Shown here piece after piece: positions 41,884-51,076 of a stretch of 64,000 nt of DNA. The translations under genes and the position numbers were made by a program. How positions within the stretch are numbered: position 1 is the first letter of the stretch; each line of letters opens with the position of its first letter. Source of the DNA: Clostridia bacterium (lineage in GTDB: Bacteria > Bacillota > Clostridia > Christensenellales > DTU072). The notes under the pieces are model-generated. The model saw only the letters and a list, made by a program, of their open reading frames with translations. It was not told where the DNA came from and ran no database searches. Where the stretch lies: contig JAFQOO010000007.1 in assembly GCA_017403145.1 (NCBI GenBank), positions 142,889-206,888 of the forward strand. The letters run 5' to 3'.

Positions 41884-44280
41884 ATGGATATTCGTAACTA
41901 TCTAAAAAACAATTTGCTATATCTCGATGGTGGAATGGGAACGCTTTTGCAAGCGAAAGGTTTAAAAGCTGGGGAACTACCCGAAAGATGGAACCTTACC
42001 CATCCCGAAATAATCACCGAGATACATAAGAATTACTACGATGCAGGTAGCAACGTTGTTTCTACCAATACTTTTGGCGCAAATATTTTAAAATTCGACG
42101 AAGCTGAACTTGAAGAAATCATAAGGTGTGCAGTAGTAAACGCAAAACGTGCTAGAAATGAAAGCAAGTCCAACCAACCCAAATGGATAGCCCTAGATAT
42201 AGGACCTACGGGGAAGATGCTTGCACCTTATGGCGAACTCCAATTTGAAAGTGCAGTTGAGGTGTTTAAAAGGACCGTCGAGCTTGGCGTAAAGTATGGC
42301 GTCGACCTTGTAATTATAGAAACTATCAGCGATGCTTACGAAACGAAAGCGGCACTTCTTGCAACCAAAGAGGTAACCTCTCTTCCCGTGCTTGTATCCA
42401 ATGCGTATGGGGAAAACGGTACTCTTATGACGGGAGCTTCTCCTAAAAGTATGGTTGCGCTCATAGAGGGAATGGGCGCAGACGCACTTGGTGTAAATTG
42501 TTCGTTCGGTCCAAGTATTCTTGCTCCAATATGCCGAGAGTATCTAAAATATGCAAGTATTCCCGTTTTATTAAAACCCAATGCAGGGCTACCTAAAGTT
42601 ATAAATGGGGATACTAAATACGATATAAGCGCCAATCAATTTGCTTTGGAATGCAAAGCTCTTGTTGAGGAAGGGGTGCGCGTGGTCGGTGGCTGTTGCG
42701 GTACGACTCCTAGTTATATAGAAGAGTTAACTACCCTAACTAGTGGACTAAAAGCAAAGGATATCGTTCCTAAAAACCATACCCTAATTTCCTCGTATGC
42801 TAAGGCTGTGGAAATTGGTAACAACCAAGTAACCTTGATAGGTGAAAGAATAAATCCAACAGGCAAAAAGTTACTTCGCGAAGCTCTCAAGAACGGAGAT
42901 TACGATTACGTTTTAAAAGAGGGAGTACAACAAGAGGAAAGGGGAGCGCACGTTCTTGACGTCAACGTCGGCATACCCGAAATTGACGAAAAGGAAGTTT
43001 TGACGCGTGTTGTGAAGGAGCTCCAAGCAGTCATACCACTCCCTTTACAAATTGATACATCTAATCCCATTGCTATGGAAAGTGCTCTTCGCGTATATAA
43101 CGGCAAGGCTCTTGTTAACTCAGTCAATGGTAAAGAAGAAAGTATGAGTGCAGTCTTCCCACTTGTAAAAAAATATGGTGGTGTTGTCGTTGCGCTAACG
43201 TTGGATGAAAATGGTATTCCGCAAACCGCTGAGGAGAGGGTTAAGATTGCTTACAAAATCATTGAGCGCGCAAAAGAGTATGGTATCGATAAAAAAGATA
43301 TCATTGTCGACCCTCTTGCTCTAACCATTAGTGCCGATAAGAGTGCAGGAGTAGAAACCTTAAAAGCAATCGAAATGCTAACTGCGAAGGGAATAAAAAC
43401 CTCGCTTGGAGTATCCAACGTCTCATTCGGCTTGCCTATGCGCGACTACGTAAACTCTACCTTTTTCGCTCTTGCTATGGAGAAAGGACTTAGTGCAGGT
43501 ATTATAAATCCCAACTCAGTGGAAATGCTAAAAGCTTATTATACTTTTAGCGCACTAAGAGGGAGGGACGAAAACTTTGATAAATATATATCGTTCGTGC
43601 AAAACCTATCGAACGTAGCAACAACGGTGGTTGCACCCCAAAAAGGCGTAAACGAAGCTTTGGATGGTGGCACTCCTTTGATGCACGCAATCATAAAGGG
43701 GCTCAAAGAGAGCGCAAGCGAAGAAGTTGATAGATTGCTAAAAGAAAGAACTCCGCTGGAAATAATAAACGGAGAAATAATACCCGCTCTTGATATCGTC
43801 GGTAATGCCTACGAAAGGGGTGGCGTATATCTTCCGGGCTTGTTGCTTAGCGCCGACACCAGCAAGGTAGCATTTGAGAAAATCAAGAGTGTAGTACCAC
43901 AAGGTGGTGCCGATAAAGGGATATTCGTTATTGCTACCGTCAAAGGTGATATTCACGATATAGGCAAGAACATCGTCAAACTGCTACTTGAAAACTATGG
44001 CTTCAAAGTAATCGATTTGGGCAAAGACGTTCCACCCGAAAGCATTGTTAAAGCGGTAAAAGAGCATCACGCTCCGCTATGTGGCCTAAGTGCCCTTATG
44101 ACTACGACGGTGCCTAGTATGGAAGAAACCATAAAGCAACTCCGCAAGGAAGCTCCGTGGTGTAAAATAGTGGTTGGCGGTGCTGTTATGACTAAAGAAT
44201 ATGCCAGTAAGATAGGTGCAGATAGATATTGCAAGGATGCAATGGAAACGGTAAGATACGCCGAGGAAATAACAAAATAA
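41884..44280 (+). CDS. metH: Cobalamin-dependent methionine synthase (homocysteine-binding, pterin-binding and B12-binding modules; no activation domain).
   Basis: LDGGMGT, GGCCGTTP, the pterin-binding region and the B12 motif GDIHDIGKNIV (DxHxxG) are present. RBS caggaga precedes the ATG at 41884, so the track extension is rejected. Confidence 0.9.
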   Translation: MDIRNYLKNNLLYLDGGMGTLLQAKGLKAGELPERWNLTHPEIITEIHKNYYDAGSNVVSTNTFGANILKFDEAELEEIIRCAVVNAKRARNESKSNQPKWIALDIGPTGKMLAPYGELQFESAVEVFKRTVELGVKYGVDLVIIETISDAYETKAALLATKEVTSLPVLVSNAYGENGTLMTGASPKSMVALIEGMGADALGVNCSFGPSILAPICREYLKYASIPVLLKPNAGLPKVINGDTKYDISANQFALECKALVEEGVRVVGGCCGTTPSYIEELTTLTSGLKAKDIVPKNHTLISSYAKAVEIGNNQVTLIGERINPTGKKLLREALKNGDYDYVLKEGVQQEERGAHVLDVNVGIPEIDEKEVLTRVVKELQAVIPLPLQIDTSNPIAMESALRVYNGKALVNSVNGKEESMSAVFPLVKKYGGVVVALTLDENGIPQTAEERVKIAYKIIERAKEYGIDKKDIIVDPLALTISADKSAGVETLKAIEMLTAKGIKTSLGVSNVSFGLPMRDYVNSTFFALAMEKGLSAGIINPNSVEMLKAYYTFSALRGRDENFDKYISFVQNLSNVATTVVAPQKGVNEALDGGTPLMHAIIKGLKESASEEVDRLLKERTPLEIINGEIIPALDIVGNAYERGGVYLPGLLLSADTSKVAFEKIKSVVPQGGADKGIFVIATVKGDIHDIGKNIVKLLLENYGFKVIDLGKDVPPESIVKAVKEHHAPLCGLSALMTTTVPSMEETIKQLRKEAPWCKIVVGGAVMTKEYASKIGADRYCKDAMETVRYAEEITK

Positions 44281-44289
44281 AACTTAATA

Positions 44290-44466
44290 CAGGGTGCGAG
44301 TTGCGTTTAGCAGAGAGTAGGGGAAGCGCGTTGAAATTACGCCACAACGTTCATTACGGTATAGTCCGATAACCTGCCCGCCCGTAGAAGCGAAATATCT
44401 TGGTTACGAAGAAAAAGCGCGGAGTATATTACTCCCTCTTTTGCGTACCATAGGTGCGCAATTTTT
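44290..44466 (+). promoter_or_regulatory. Cobalamin (B12) riboswitch with a terminator expression platform.
   Basis: The core GGGGAAGCGCGTTGAAATTACGCCACAACG resembles the conserved GGGAA..GGTGAAA.TCC..GCCAC region. A B12-box-like AGTCCGATAACCTGCC follows. The terminator is ttgcgtacc-ata-ggtgcgcaa plus T5 (44441-66). The downstream genes are of the B12-uptake type. I did not score a covariance model. Confidence 0.65.
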
Positions 44467-44484
44467 ATATAAAGGAGAGAAGTT

Positions 44485-44880
44485 ATGAAAAGAATGGTTA
44501 AAACCTTTTTAGTAGTTTTGATGCTAGTTTTAGCGATAGGGTTATGCGCCTGTACTCGAAATGGCGACGAGGTGGTCGTTAAGGTGGAGCGCGCCTATAA
44601 AATGGAGAGTGGGGATACGCTCGAAGACTATATGGACTATCTGGAAGATAAGGGAAAGATAGAGTATGAGGAAGAAGATGGAATGATAGTTTCCATTAAC
44701 GGAAAGAAAAACACCCTTAACTCCTATTGGATGATTTATACCGATGATGAAAATTATTCCAATTCCGCTTGGGGTACCTACGAATATAAAGGCAAGGAGC
44801 TTGGGTCTGCAACGTTAGGTGCAACCGCACTTCCGTTAAACGAACAAGCAACCTACGTGTTTGTCTACCAAACCTTCTAG
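44485..44880 (+). CDS. DUF4430-type lipoprotein (probable extracellular cobalamin-binding accessory protein).
   Basis: MKRMVKTFLVVLMLVLAIGLCACT has a lipobox. GDTLEDYM...........GMIVSINGKKN..NSYWMIYT matches my memory of DUF4430. Confidence 0.65.
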   Translation: MKRMVKTFLVVLMLVLAIGLCACTRNGDEVVVKVERAYKMESGDTLEDYMDYLEDKGKIEYEEEDGMIVSINGKKNTLNSYWMIYTDDENYSNSAWGTYEYKGKELGSATLGATALPLNEQATYVFVYQTF

Positions 44881-44881
44881 T

Positions 44882-45409
44882 ATGCAAGTTAGTAAAACCA
44901 GACAAATAGCAATAATGGGTGTGTACGTCGCTCTTTTGATAGGGGGACAGCTTGCTCTATCTATGATAAGCGGTGTGGAAATTGTTACCGTACTGCTTGC
45001 AGGCTTTGCCTATTATTTTGGTATAAAAAAAGGACTCGTTGTTGCGAGTGCCTTTTCTATTTTGCGTTGCTTTTTGTTTGGTTTTTTCCCTAACGTTATT
45101 ATTTTATATTTGATTTATTATAATCTTTTCGTTGTGGTATTCGGCGCTTTAGGGTTACTATTCAAGGGAGAAACGACACCCAAAAATCACGTTATTATAG
45201 TTGTGGTTGCTCTTGTGTTAACTGCGCTCTTTACAGCTCTCGATAACCTTATCACCCCGCTTTACTATGGTATGAATAGGGAGGCTTTCGCAGGATACGC
45301 GCTAACTTCGTTGTATGCGCTTGTCCCACAGTTACTATGCACCTTTATAACGGTATCACTTTTGTTTAGACCGCTTATTAAAGTGCTAAAAATTGCGGTT
45401 AGGATATAG
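44882..45409 (+). CDS. ECF-transporter S component (CbrT-like, putative cobalamin-specific).
   Basis: About 175 aa with 5-6 TM segments. TRQIAIMGVYVALLIGGQLAL is present. It is under the B12 riboswitch. The ATG at 44882 lies 1 nt after the upstream TAG. Confidence 0.65.
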   Translation: MQVSKTRQIAIMGVYVALLIGGQLALSMISGVEIVTVLLAGFAYYFGIKKGLVVASAFSILRCFLFGFFPNVIILYLIYYNLFVVVFGALGLLFKGETTPKNHVIIVVVALVLTALFTALDNLITPLYYGMNREAFAGYALTSLYALVPQLLCTFITVSLLFRPLIKVLKIAVRI

Positions 45410-46138
45410 TTAGCTACACTCTATAAGTATTTTGTCGCTAACGAGTGCTATCAGCTCTCCGTTAGTTGGCTTATCTCCACGTGAGAAAATTTTTATTCCG
45501 TAAATGTTGTTTATATTTTCTATTTTACCACGCGACCAAGCAACCTCTATGGCGTGTCTAATGGCGCGCTCAACTTTACTTGGACTAGTGTTAAATCTTT
45601 TCGCAACCGCGGGATATAACATCTTGGTTATGTTGTTTATCATACTTGGGTCGGTTACCGCTTGCTTGACTGCTTCGCGTAGGAATTGGTAGCCCTTGAT
45701 GTGTGGTGGAATACCTGCGGATATAAATATATTTGCAAGTCTTTCGTCTAGCAGTTTTTCTTTGGAAGTAGCAATTTCTATGGTTTCACGTCTTTCTATA
45801 GGTAGACGAAGAATTTTACTAGCAATATCGGGTGCGGGCTCTTTGGTGGTAAAGGTTATATGGGCGTACTCTTCATAGTTGCGTTTGTCTAAGGTTATGA
45901 TTGCAACAATGGGACGAGAGGGTAGTGCTTTCAAAAAATCTATAAAGCGCAACACTTTTTCATCTTGATTTTCGCTATAGATTAGTACCGATTGTACAAT
46001 TAGCTTTTCGAGAAGAAGCTCGCCTTCTTGTACGTCGTTTGCCGAAGCGCTAAAGGTAAACTCATATGGCCTACAAGACTTCAATTTGAGTAAAAGTTCC
46101 TCGGGTATGCCTATGGATAGGCAAGAAAGTTTTAACAT
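45410..46138 (-). CDS. Spo0A-like regulator: a canonical Spo0A C-terminal DNA-binding domain joined to a degenerate receiver-like N-domain.
   Basis: GIPPHIKGYQFLREAV......MINNITKMLYPAVAKRFNTSPSKVERAIRHAIEVAWSRGKIENINNIYG....KPTNGELIALVSDKI closely matches Spo0A_C. The N-domain lacks the DD pair and the phospho-acceptor Asp (SVLIYSEN where receivers have ..L.LD...P). An AGGAGG RBS is present. Confidence 0.85.
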   Translation of the reverse strand: MLKLSCLSIGIPEELLLKLKSCRPYEFTFSASANDVQEGELLLEKLIVQSVLIYSENQDEKVLRFIDFLKALPSRPIVAIITLDKRNYEEYAHITFTTKEPAPDIASKILRLPIERRETIEIATSKEKLLDERLANIFISAGIPPHIKGYQFLREAVKQAVTDPSMINNITKMLYPAVAKRFNTSPSKVERAIRHAIEVAWSRGKIENINNIYGIKIFSRGDKPTNGELIALVSDKILIECS

Positions 46139-46338
46139 AAAAAGATACCTCCTAAATGGTGCGTGATAATTAACAAAACTGCTAGTTTTGTGAGTGATGG
46201 GAACTATTTATTTATCGTTTGTTTATTGGAGCCTCGTAATAAAACGACGTTTTTTCTTATGATAATGGCATTATATCAATATTTATAATTTTTTGCAATA
46301 ATATATCGAAATCTTTTAATAATATTTTACAAAAATAT

Positions 46339-46345
46339 TGTCGAA
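46339..46345 (+). promoter_or_regulatory. Perfect Spo0A-box (0A box) TGTCGAA in the divergent intergenic region.
   Basis: TGTCGAA is at 46339-45. The related tatCGAAat starts at about 46303 and ggTCGAAaa at about 46389. All three lie between the Spo0A-like gene and the pdp promoter. Confidence 0.4.
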
Positions 46346-46421
46346 ATTTGTACAAAAATCGCGCAAGGGTAAATTTGGCGGTTTTAGTGGTCGAAAATTG
46401 CGGGATTTGGGACAATGCATA

Positions 46422-46450
46422 TTGACGATATTTTAATATTGTTATAAAAT
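46422..46450 (+). promoter_or_regulatory. Promoter of the pdp-deo operon, positioned for a leaderless transcript.
   Basis: TTGACG, 17 nt, TAAAAT. The -10 ends 6 nt before the ATG at 46457 and there is no RBS. Confidence 0.5.
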
Positions 46451-46456
46451 AATAAT

Positions 46457-47755
46457 ATGAGAACTTTCGATATCATAAAGCGAAAAAGAGATGGCCTCGA
46501 GCTCGGGAAAGAAGAGATAGATTTTATCATTTCGGGAGCAGTATCGGGTACCATTCCCGACTATCAAATCACAGCCTTTTTGATGGCGGTATATTTCAAG
46601 GGTATGAGCGCACGCGAGGTACGCGACCTCACCTTTGCGATAAGAGATAGCGGTGTTCACCCCGATTTTAGTAAAGTTGAGGGGCTTCGCGTTGATAAAC
46701 ATTCCACGGGCGGAGTGGGTGATAAAACCTCTCTGGTCGTATGTCCCATTGTTGCCTCACTTGGACTTAAGGTTGCAAAAATGAGTGGGCGCGGGCTAGG
46801 TCATACAGGTGGCACAATCGATAAACTGCTTTCCATTCCCGGCTTTAACGTCGACCTAAACGAGGAAGATTTTATAGAAATAGTTAATCGAACGGGTATA
46901 GCCATCGTGGGACAAAGTAAGGGGCTAGCACCCGCAGACAAGGTGCTATATGCTTTGCGCGACGTAACCGCTACCATTGATAGCTTGCCTCTTATCGTTA
47001 GCTCCATAATGGGTAAAAAGCTATGTGCTGACGACGACGTTATAGTGTTAGACGTAAAGTGCGGAAGCGGAGCTTTTATGAAGAATATAGAGCAAGCGGA
47101 AGAGCTTGCAACCGCAATGGTGCAAATAGGGCAAAGTGCCGGTAAAAAGGTACGCGCTTTGATTACCAATATGGAAGTCCCGCTAGGGCAAACCATAGGT
47201 AACGCGCTAGAGGTTAAAGAGGCTATCGACACACTAAAAGGCAACGGACCTAGGGACTTTGAAGAAATATGCTTGGTTCTTGCAAGTCATATTTTAGAGC
47301 TTGCGGGTAAAGGTAGTTACGAAAGCTGTTACGATATGGCAAAGGAAAGCATATCTAGCGGAAAAGCGCTCGATAAGTTTAGAGAAATGATAGTCGCCCA
47401 AGGTGGAAAAGCGGAAGTTATAGATAACTTTAACCTGTTCCCCCAAGCGCAGTATTGCTATGAGGTGCGTGCTGATAAGAGTGGATACGTCGAAAAAATC
47501 GATAGCGAGGCATACGGACTTGCAAGTTTAACCTTAGGCGCCGGAAGAAACGTTCAAGAAGACGAAATAGATTATTCAGCAGGCATAGTGATACACAAGA
47601 AGAGCGGTGATAAGATAGAGCAAAACGATGTGATTGCTTCGTTATATACCTCTAACGAAAGCGCACTTTCCAGAGCGGAGAGCATCGTTAAAAATGCTAC
47701 CATTATAGGCGAAAAACAAATAAACCAGCCTTTAGTATTAAAGGTAATAGGATAG
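46457..47755 (+). CDS. pdp: Pyrimidine-nucleoside (thymidine) phosphorylase.
   Basis: DIIKRKRDG..L...EI.F.I.G...G.IPDYQI.AFLMAV.F.GM, DKHSTGGVGDK and SGRGLGHTGGT.DKL are present. Confidence 0.93.
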   Translation: MRTFDIIKRKRDGLELGKEEIDFIISGAVSGTIPDYQITAFLMAVYFKGMSAREVRDLTFAIRDSGVHPDFSKVEGLRVDKHSTGGVGDKTSLVVCPIVASLGLKVAKMSGRGLGHTGGTIDKLLSIPGFNVDLNEEDFIEIVNRTGIAIVGQSKGLAPADKVLYALRDVTATIDSLPLIVSSIMGKKLCADDDVIVLDVKCGSGAFMKNIEQAEELATAMVQIGQSAGKKVRALITNMEVPLGQTIGNALEVKEAIDTLKGNGPRDFEEICLVLASHILELAGKGSYESCYDMAKESISSGKALDKFREMIVAQGGKAEVIDNFNLFPQAQYCYEVRADKSGYVEKIDSEAYGLASLTLGAGRNVQEDEIDYSAGIVIHKKSGDKIEQNDVIASLYTSNESALSRAESIVKNATIIGEKQINQPLVLKVIG

Positions 47756-47760
47756 GATAT

Positions 47761-48411
47761 ATGGATATTAAAGAAATACTTTCAAAATGCGACCATACCA
47801 TACTTTCACAAACCGCGACTTGGCTAGACGTCAAGGGAATTTGCGACGATGGTATAACCTATAAAACAGCTTCCGTTTGTATACCCCCTTCGTACGTTAA
47901 GAGGGCGAAAGAATACGTGGGCGATAACCTTAAAATATGTACGGTTATAGGCTTTCCTAACGGATATAACACGACGGAGTGCAAGGTCTTCGAAACGCTG
48001 GACGCGGTAAAAAATGGTGCCGACGAAATCGATATGGTAATAAATATAGGCGAGCTTAAAGCGGGCAATACCGAGTACGTTCTTAATGAAATAAAGGCGA
48101 TAAAAGAAGCTTGCGGAGGGGCACTTTTAAAGGTTATTATAGAAACCTGCCTACTTACCAATGATGAAAAGGTTACAATGTGCCGTTTGGTAACAGAGGC
48201 AGGTGCCGAGTATATAAAGACTTCGACCGGTTTTTCTAAAGGCGGTGCAACGCGCGAAGATATCAAGCTTTTTAGCGAGAATATCGGTTCTAACGTCAAA
48301 ATGAAGGCGGCGGGCGGAATTAGTAGCATAGAAGATGCCGAAGACTTTATAAAGTTAGGAGCAAGTAGACTTGGTACTAGTCGAATAGTTAAAATTGTAA
48401 AAGGAAAATAG
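47761..48411 (+). CDS. deoC: Deoxyribose-phosphate aldolase.
   Basis: DHT.L, VCIPP, DMVINIG, LKVIIET, the active-site Lys context IKTSTGF and GASR.GTS are present. Confidence 0.93.
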   Translation: MDIKEILSKCDHTILSQTATWLDVKGICDDGITYKTASVCIPPSYVKRAKEYVGDNLKICTVIGFPNGYNTTECKVFETLDAVKNGADEIDMVINIGELKAGNTEYVLNEIKAIKEACGGALLKVIIETCLLTNDEKVTMCRLVTEAGAEYIKTSTGFSKGGATREDIKLFSENIGSNVKMKAAGGISSIEDAEDFIKLGASRLGTSRIVKIVKGK

Positions 48412-48420
48412 GGGGATAAT

Positions 48421-49128
48421 ATGATACCTACACCACATATAACTGCAAAAGAAGGCGATTTTGCAAAGACCGTGCTTATGCCCGGCGACCCTAAACGCGC
48501 AAAATTCATAGCCGAGAATTTTCTAGAAGATGCTGTTTTGGTTAACGACGTGAGAGGAGTTAACGGTTATACGGGATATTATAAAGGTAAACGAGTATCG
48601 GTAATGGCATCTGGTATGGGACAACCAAGTATAGGGATATACTCATACGAGCTATACCAGTTTTACGGAGTGGAAAATATTATTCGCGTAGGCAGTTGCG
48701 GTGCATTTCATCCCGATTTGCACGCACGCGACATAATAATAGCTATGGGTGCTTGTACTAATGGTAATTATGCTTCGCAATATAGATTACCCGGTACCTT
48801 TGCGCCCATTGCCGATTATTCTTTGGTGGAAAAAGCGGTAAATGCGTGCAAAGCACGTAAGGTTAACTTTAAGGTGGGCAATATACTTTCCAGCGACACC
48901 TTTTACGACGATGCCAATTCGGGAATGGAATGGGCAAAAATGGGCGTTCTAGGGGTAGAAATGGAATCCGCTGCATTGTATTGTAACGCCTCAAGATTAG
49001 GTAAAAAGGCGCTTTGTATATGTACCGTTAGTGATTCGTTCATATATCCCGAAGAAAACACGACTGCAGAAGAAAGACAAAACTCATTTACTACAATGAT
49101 GGAAATTGCTTTGGAGATAGCCGAGTAA
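48421..49128 (+). CDS. deoD: Purine-nucleoside phosphorylase, DeoD type.
   Basis: TPHI.A..GDFA..VLMPGDP.RAKFIAE.FLEDA..VN.VRG..GYTG.YKG..VSVM.SGMG.PS..IY..EL is nearly colinear with enterobacterial DeoD. Confidence 0.93.
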   Translation: MIPTPHITAKEGDFAKTVLMPGDPKRAKFIAENFLEDAVLVNDVRGVNGYTGYYKGKRVSVMASGMGQPSIGIYSYELYQFYGVENIIRVGSCGAFHPDLHARDIIIAMGACTNGNYASQYRLPGTFAPIADYSLVEKAVNACKARKVNFKVGNILSSDTFYDDANSGMEWAKMGVLGVEMESAALYCNASRLGKKALCICTVSDSFIYPEENTTAEERQNSFTTMMEIALEIAE

Positions 49129-50291
49129 TGAAGAGGATATTCCTTATCGTTCTTGATAGTTTAGGCATAGGAGCACTACCCGACGCGGTAGCTTTTGGTG
49201 ATGCCGATGCCAATACTTTCAAGGCGGTAAGCAGTCATCCAAAATGTGATATACCCACCTTAACCGCGCTGGGAATAGGAAATATAGACGGAGTAGTGGG
49301 ATATAGGGTAGAGAGCCCCAAGGCTAGCTATGCTAGAATGGGAGAGCTCAGCTTAGGAAAAGATACTACCATAGGACATTGGGAAATGGCAGGGCTAGTT
49401 TCTTCGAGTCCACTGCCCACCTACCCCAATGGCTTTCCTAAAGAAATAATAGAGGAATTCGAAGCTAGAACGGGAAGAAAGGTGATTTGCAACAAACCAT
49501 ATTCCGGGACCGAGGTTATAAAGGACTATGGTAAAGAACACCTAGAAAGTGGCGCGTTGATAGTATATACTTCCGCAGACTCGGTTTTCCAAATAGCTGC
49601 GCACGAAGACAAAGTTGACGTTGAAGAACTATATAGATATTGCGAAATTGCTCGCAAAATAATGGTAGGTGAGCACGGAGTAGGCAGAATTATTGCTAGA
49701 CCGTTTAGTGGTAGCTATCCCTTTACGCGCACGGCAAATAGACACGATTTTTCTCTAGAACCGCCTAGAGATACTATGTTGGATTTGTTAAAAAAGGCAG
49801 GGCTTGAGGTAATATCGGTTGGTAAAATAGTAGATATTTTTAGCGGTAAGGGTATAACTAAAAGTTATCGTACAGGCTCTAACGACGAGGGTATGCGCGT
49901 AGCTATACAATTACTAGACGAGGCGTTTGAAGGACTATGCTTTGTTAATTTGGTAGACTTTGATATGAAGTTTGGGCACCGAAACGATGTTTTAGGTTAT
50001 GCAAACGCATTGTCGGAGTGCGACAAGGCACTTGGCGAGTTTATACTAAAAATGAAGGAAGACGACCTGCTTATTATAACCGCAGACCACGGTTGCGACC
50101 CTCTAACGCCTTCTACCGACCACTCGCGTGAATACGTTCCTATGCTTATATTCGGTTCGTCCGTAAAGGAGGGCGTAAACCTCTCTACCAGAGCTAGCTT
50201 TAGTGATATTTCTGCAACGGTACTAGAGTACTTTGGCGTAGATAAAGAAAAAACCAACGGAATAAGCTTTTGGAATAAAGTTAAAAAATAA
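49128..50291 (+). CDS. deoB: Phosphopentomutase.
   Basis: KRIFLIVLDS.GIG..PDA..FGD..ANT, NLVDFD..(F/Y)GHRND and TADHGCDP are present. The junction with deoD is TAATG. Confidence 0.93.
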   Translation: MKRIFLIVLDSLGIGALPDAVAFGDADANTFKAVSSHPKCDIPTLTALGIGNIDGVVGYRVESPKASYARMGELSLGKDTTIGHWEMAGLVSSSPLPTYPNGFPKEIIEEFEARTGRKVICNKPYSGTEVIKDYGKEHLESGALIVYTSADSVFQIAAHEDKVDVEELYRYCEIARKIMVGEHGVGRIIARPFSGSYPFTRTANRHDFSLEPPRDTMLDLLKKAGLEVISVGKIVDIFSGKGITKSYRTGSNDEGMRVAIQLLDEAFEGLCFVNLVDFDMKFGHRNDVLGYANALSECDKALGEFILKMKEDDLLIITADHGCDPLTPSTDHSREYVPMLIFGSSVKEGVNLSTRASFSDISATVLEYFGVDKEKTNGISFWNKVKK

Positions 50292-50302
50292 AGGTGTAAC
50301 GA

Positions 50303-51049
50303 ATGAAAAAGTTTTACGAAAAAAATGAAATTTGGTTTGCGGTTATTTGGATAATCGTATACGTTGTAGGCGCTTCGCTTGCCGATACTTTTTCTAGTAT
50401 GATTGGTATAGAAAAGGTGATTACTCTACCCTTCCTATTCGCGCTTTCCGCATTTTTCGTAATATGGATAGTAAAGAACAATTTGAAGGATAAATATGGA
50501 CTTTGTAAGCCTATAGGCGATATAAAGAATTATCTATTTTATCTACCCTTGCTAGTGCTTATATCGGTAAACTTTTGGATGGGAGCAAGGCTAAACTATT
50601 CGCCCCTTGAGAGCGTGCTATTTGCTCTTAGTATGGTGCTAGTAGGCTTTGTAGAGGAAATTATATTTAGAGGATTACTCTTTAAAGCTATTGCAAAAGA
50701 AAACGTCAAGGTTGCAATCATAGTAAGTAGCGTTACCTTTGGTATAGGACATATTATCAACCTTATATCGAGCGGTGGTGAAAATATACTTTCCCATCTA
50801 TTGCAGGTATTCTATGCAATGGCAGTAGGTTTCTTGTTCGTCGTTATGTTCTATCGTGGCAAATCACTTGTTGCTTGCATAGTAACCCATAGCTTGGTGA
50901 ACGCTGGCTCCACATTCCAAAACGCGGTAATGCCCGCTTACGTGGAAATTATACAAGCAGTAGTCATTATAGTCGTTGCGGTAGTTTATGCGGTAGTGTT
51001 ATGGCGCACCTTACCAAAGCAAGAGGATAACCTAGTGGAAAACAAATAA
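50303..51049 (+). CDS. CPBP-family intramembrane glutamic endopeptidase (CAAX protease-like).
   Basis: VEEIIFRGLLF (EExxxR), FGIGHIIN (FxxxH) and THSLVN are present. The protein is multi-TM. Confidence 0.85.
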   Translation: MKKFYEKNEIWFAVIWIIVYVVGASLADTFSSMIGIEKVITLPFLFALSAFFVIWIVKNNLKDKYGLCKPIGDIKNYLFYLPLLVLISVNFWMGARLNYSPLESVLFALSMVLVGFVEEIIFRGLLFKAIAKENVKVAIIVSSVTFGIGHIINLISSGGENILSHLLQVFYAMAVGFLFVVMFYRGKSLVACIVTHSLVNAGSTFQNAVMPAYVEIIQAVVIIVVAVVYAVVLWRTLPKQEDNLVENK

Positions 51050-51056
51050 AAGAAAA

Positions 51057-51076
51057 GAGCCGAAAGGCTCTTTTTT
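51057..51076. terminator. Bidirectional intrinsic terminator.
   Basis: gagcc, loop gaaa, ggctc, with A-rich sequence upstream and a T6 run downstream. Confidence 0.75.

Noticed and set aside
47859-48509. 216-aa antisense ORF covering deoC.
   Set aside because: deoC on the plus strand has unmistakable motifs and sits in an operon. The antisense ORF is Ser/Pro/Ile-rich with no recognisable family.
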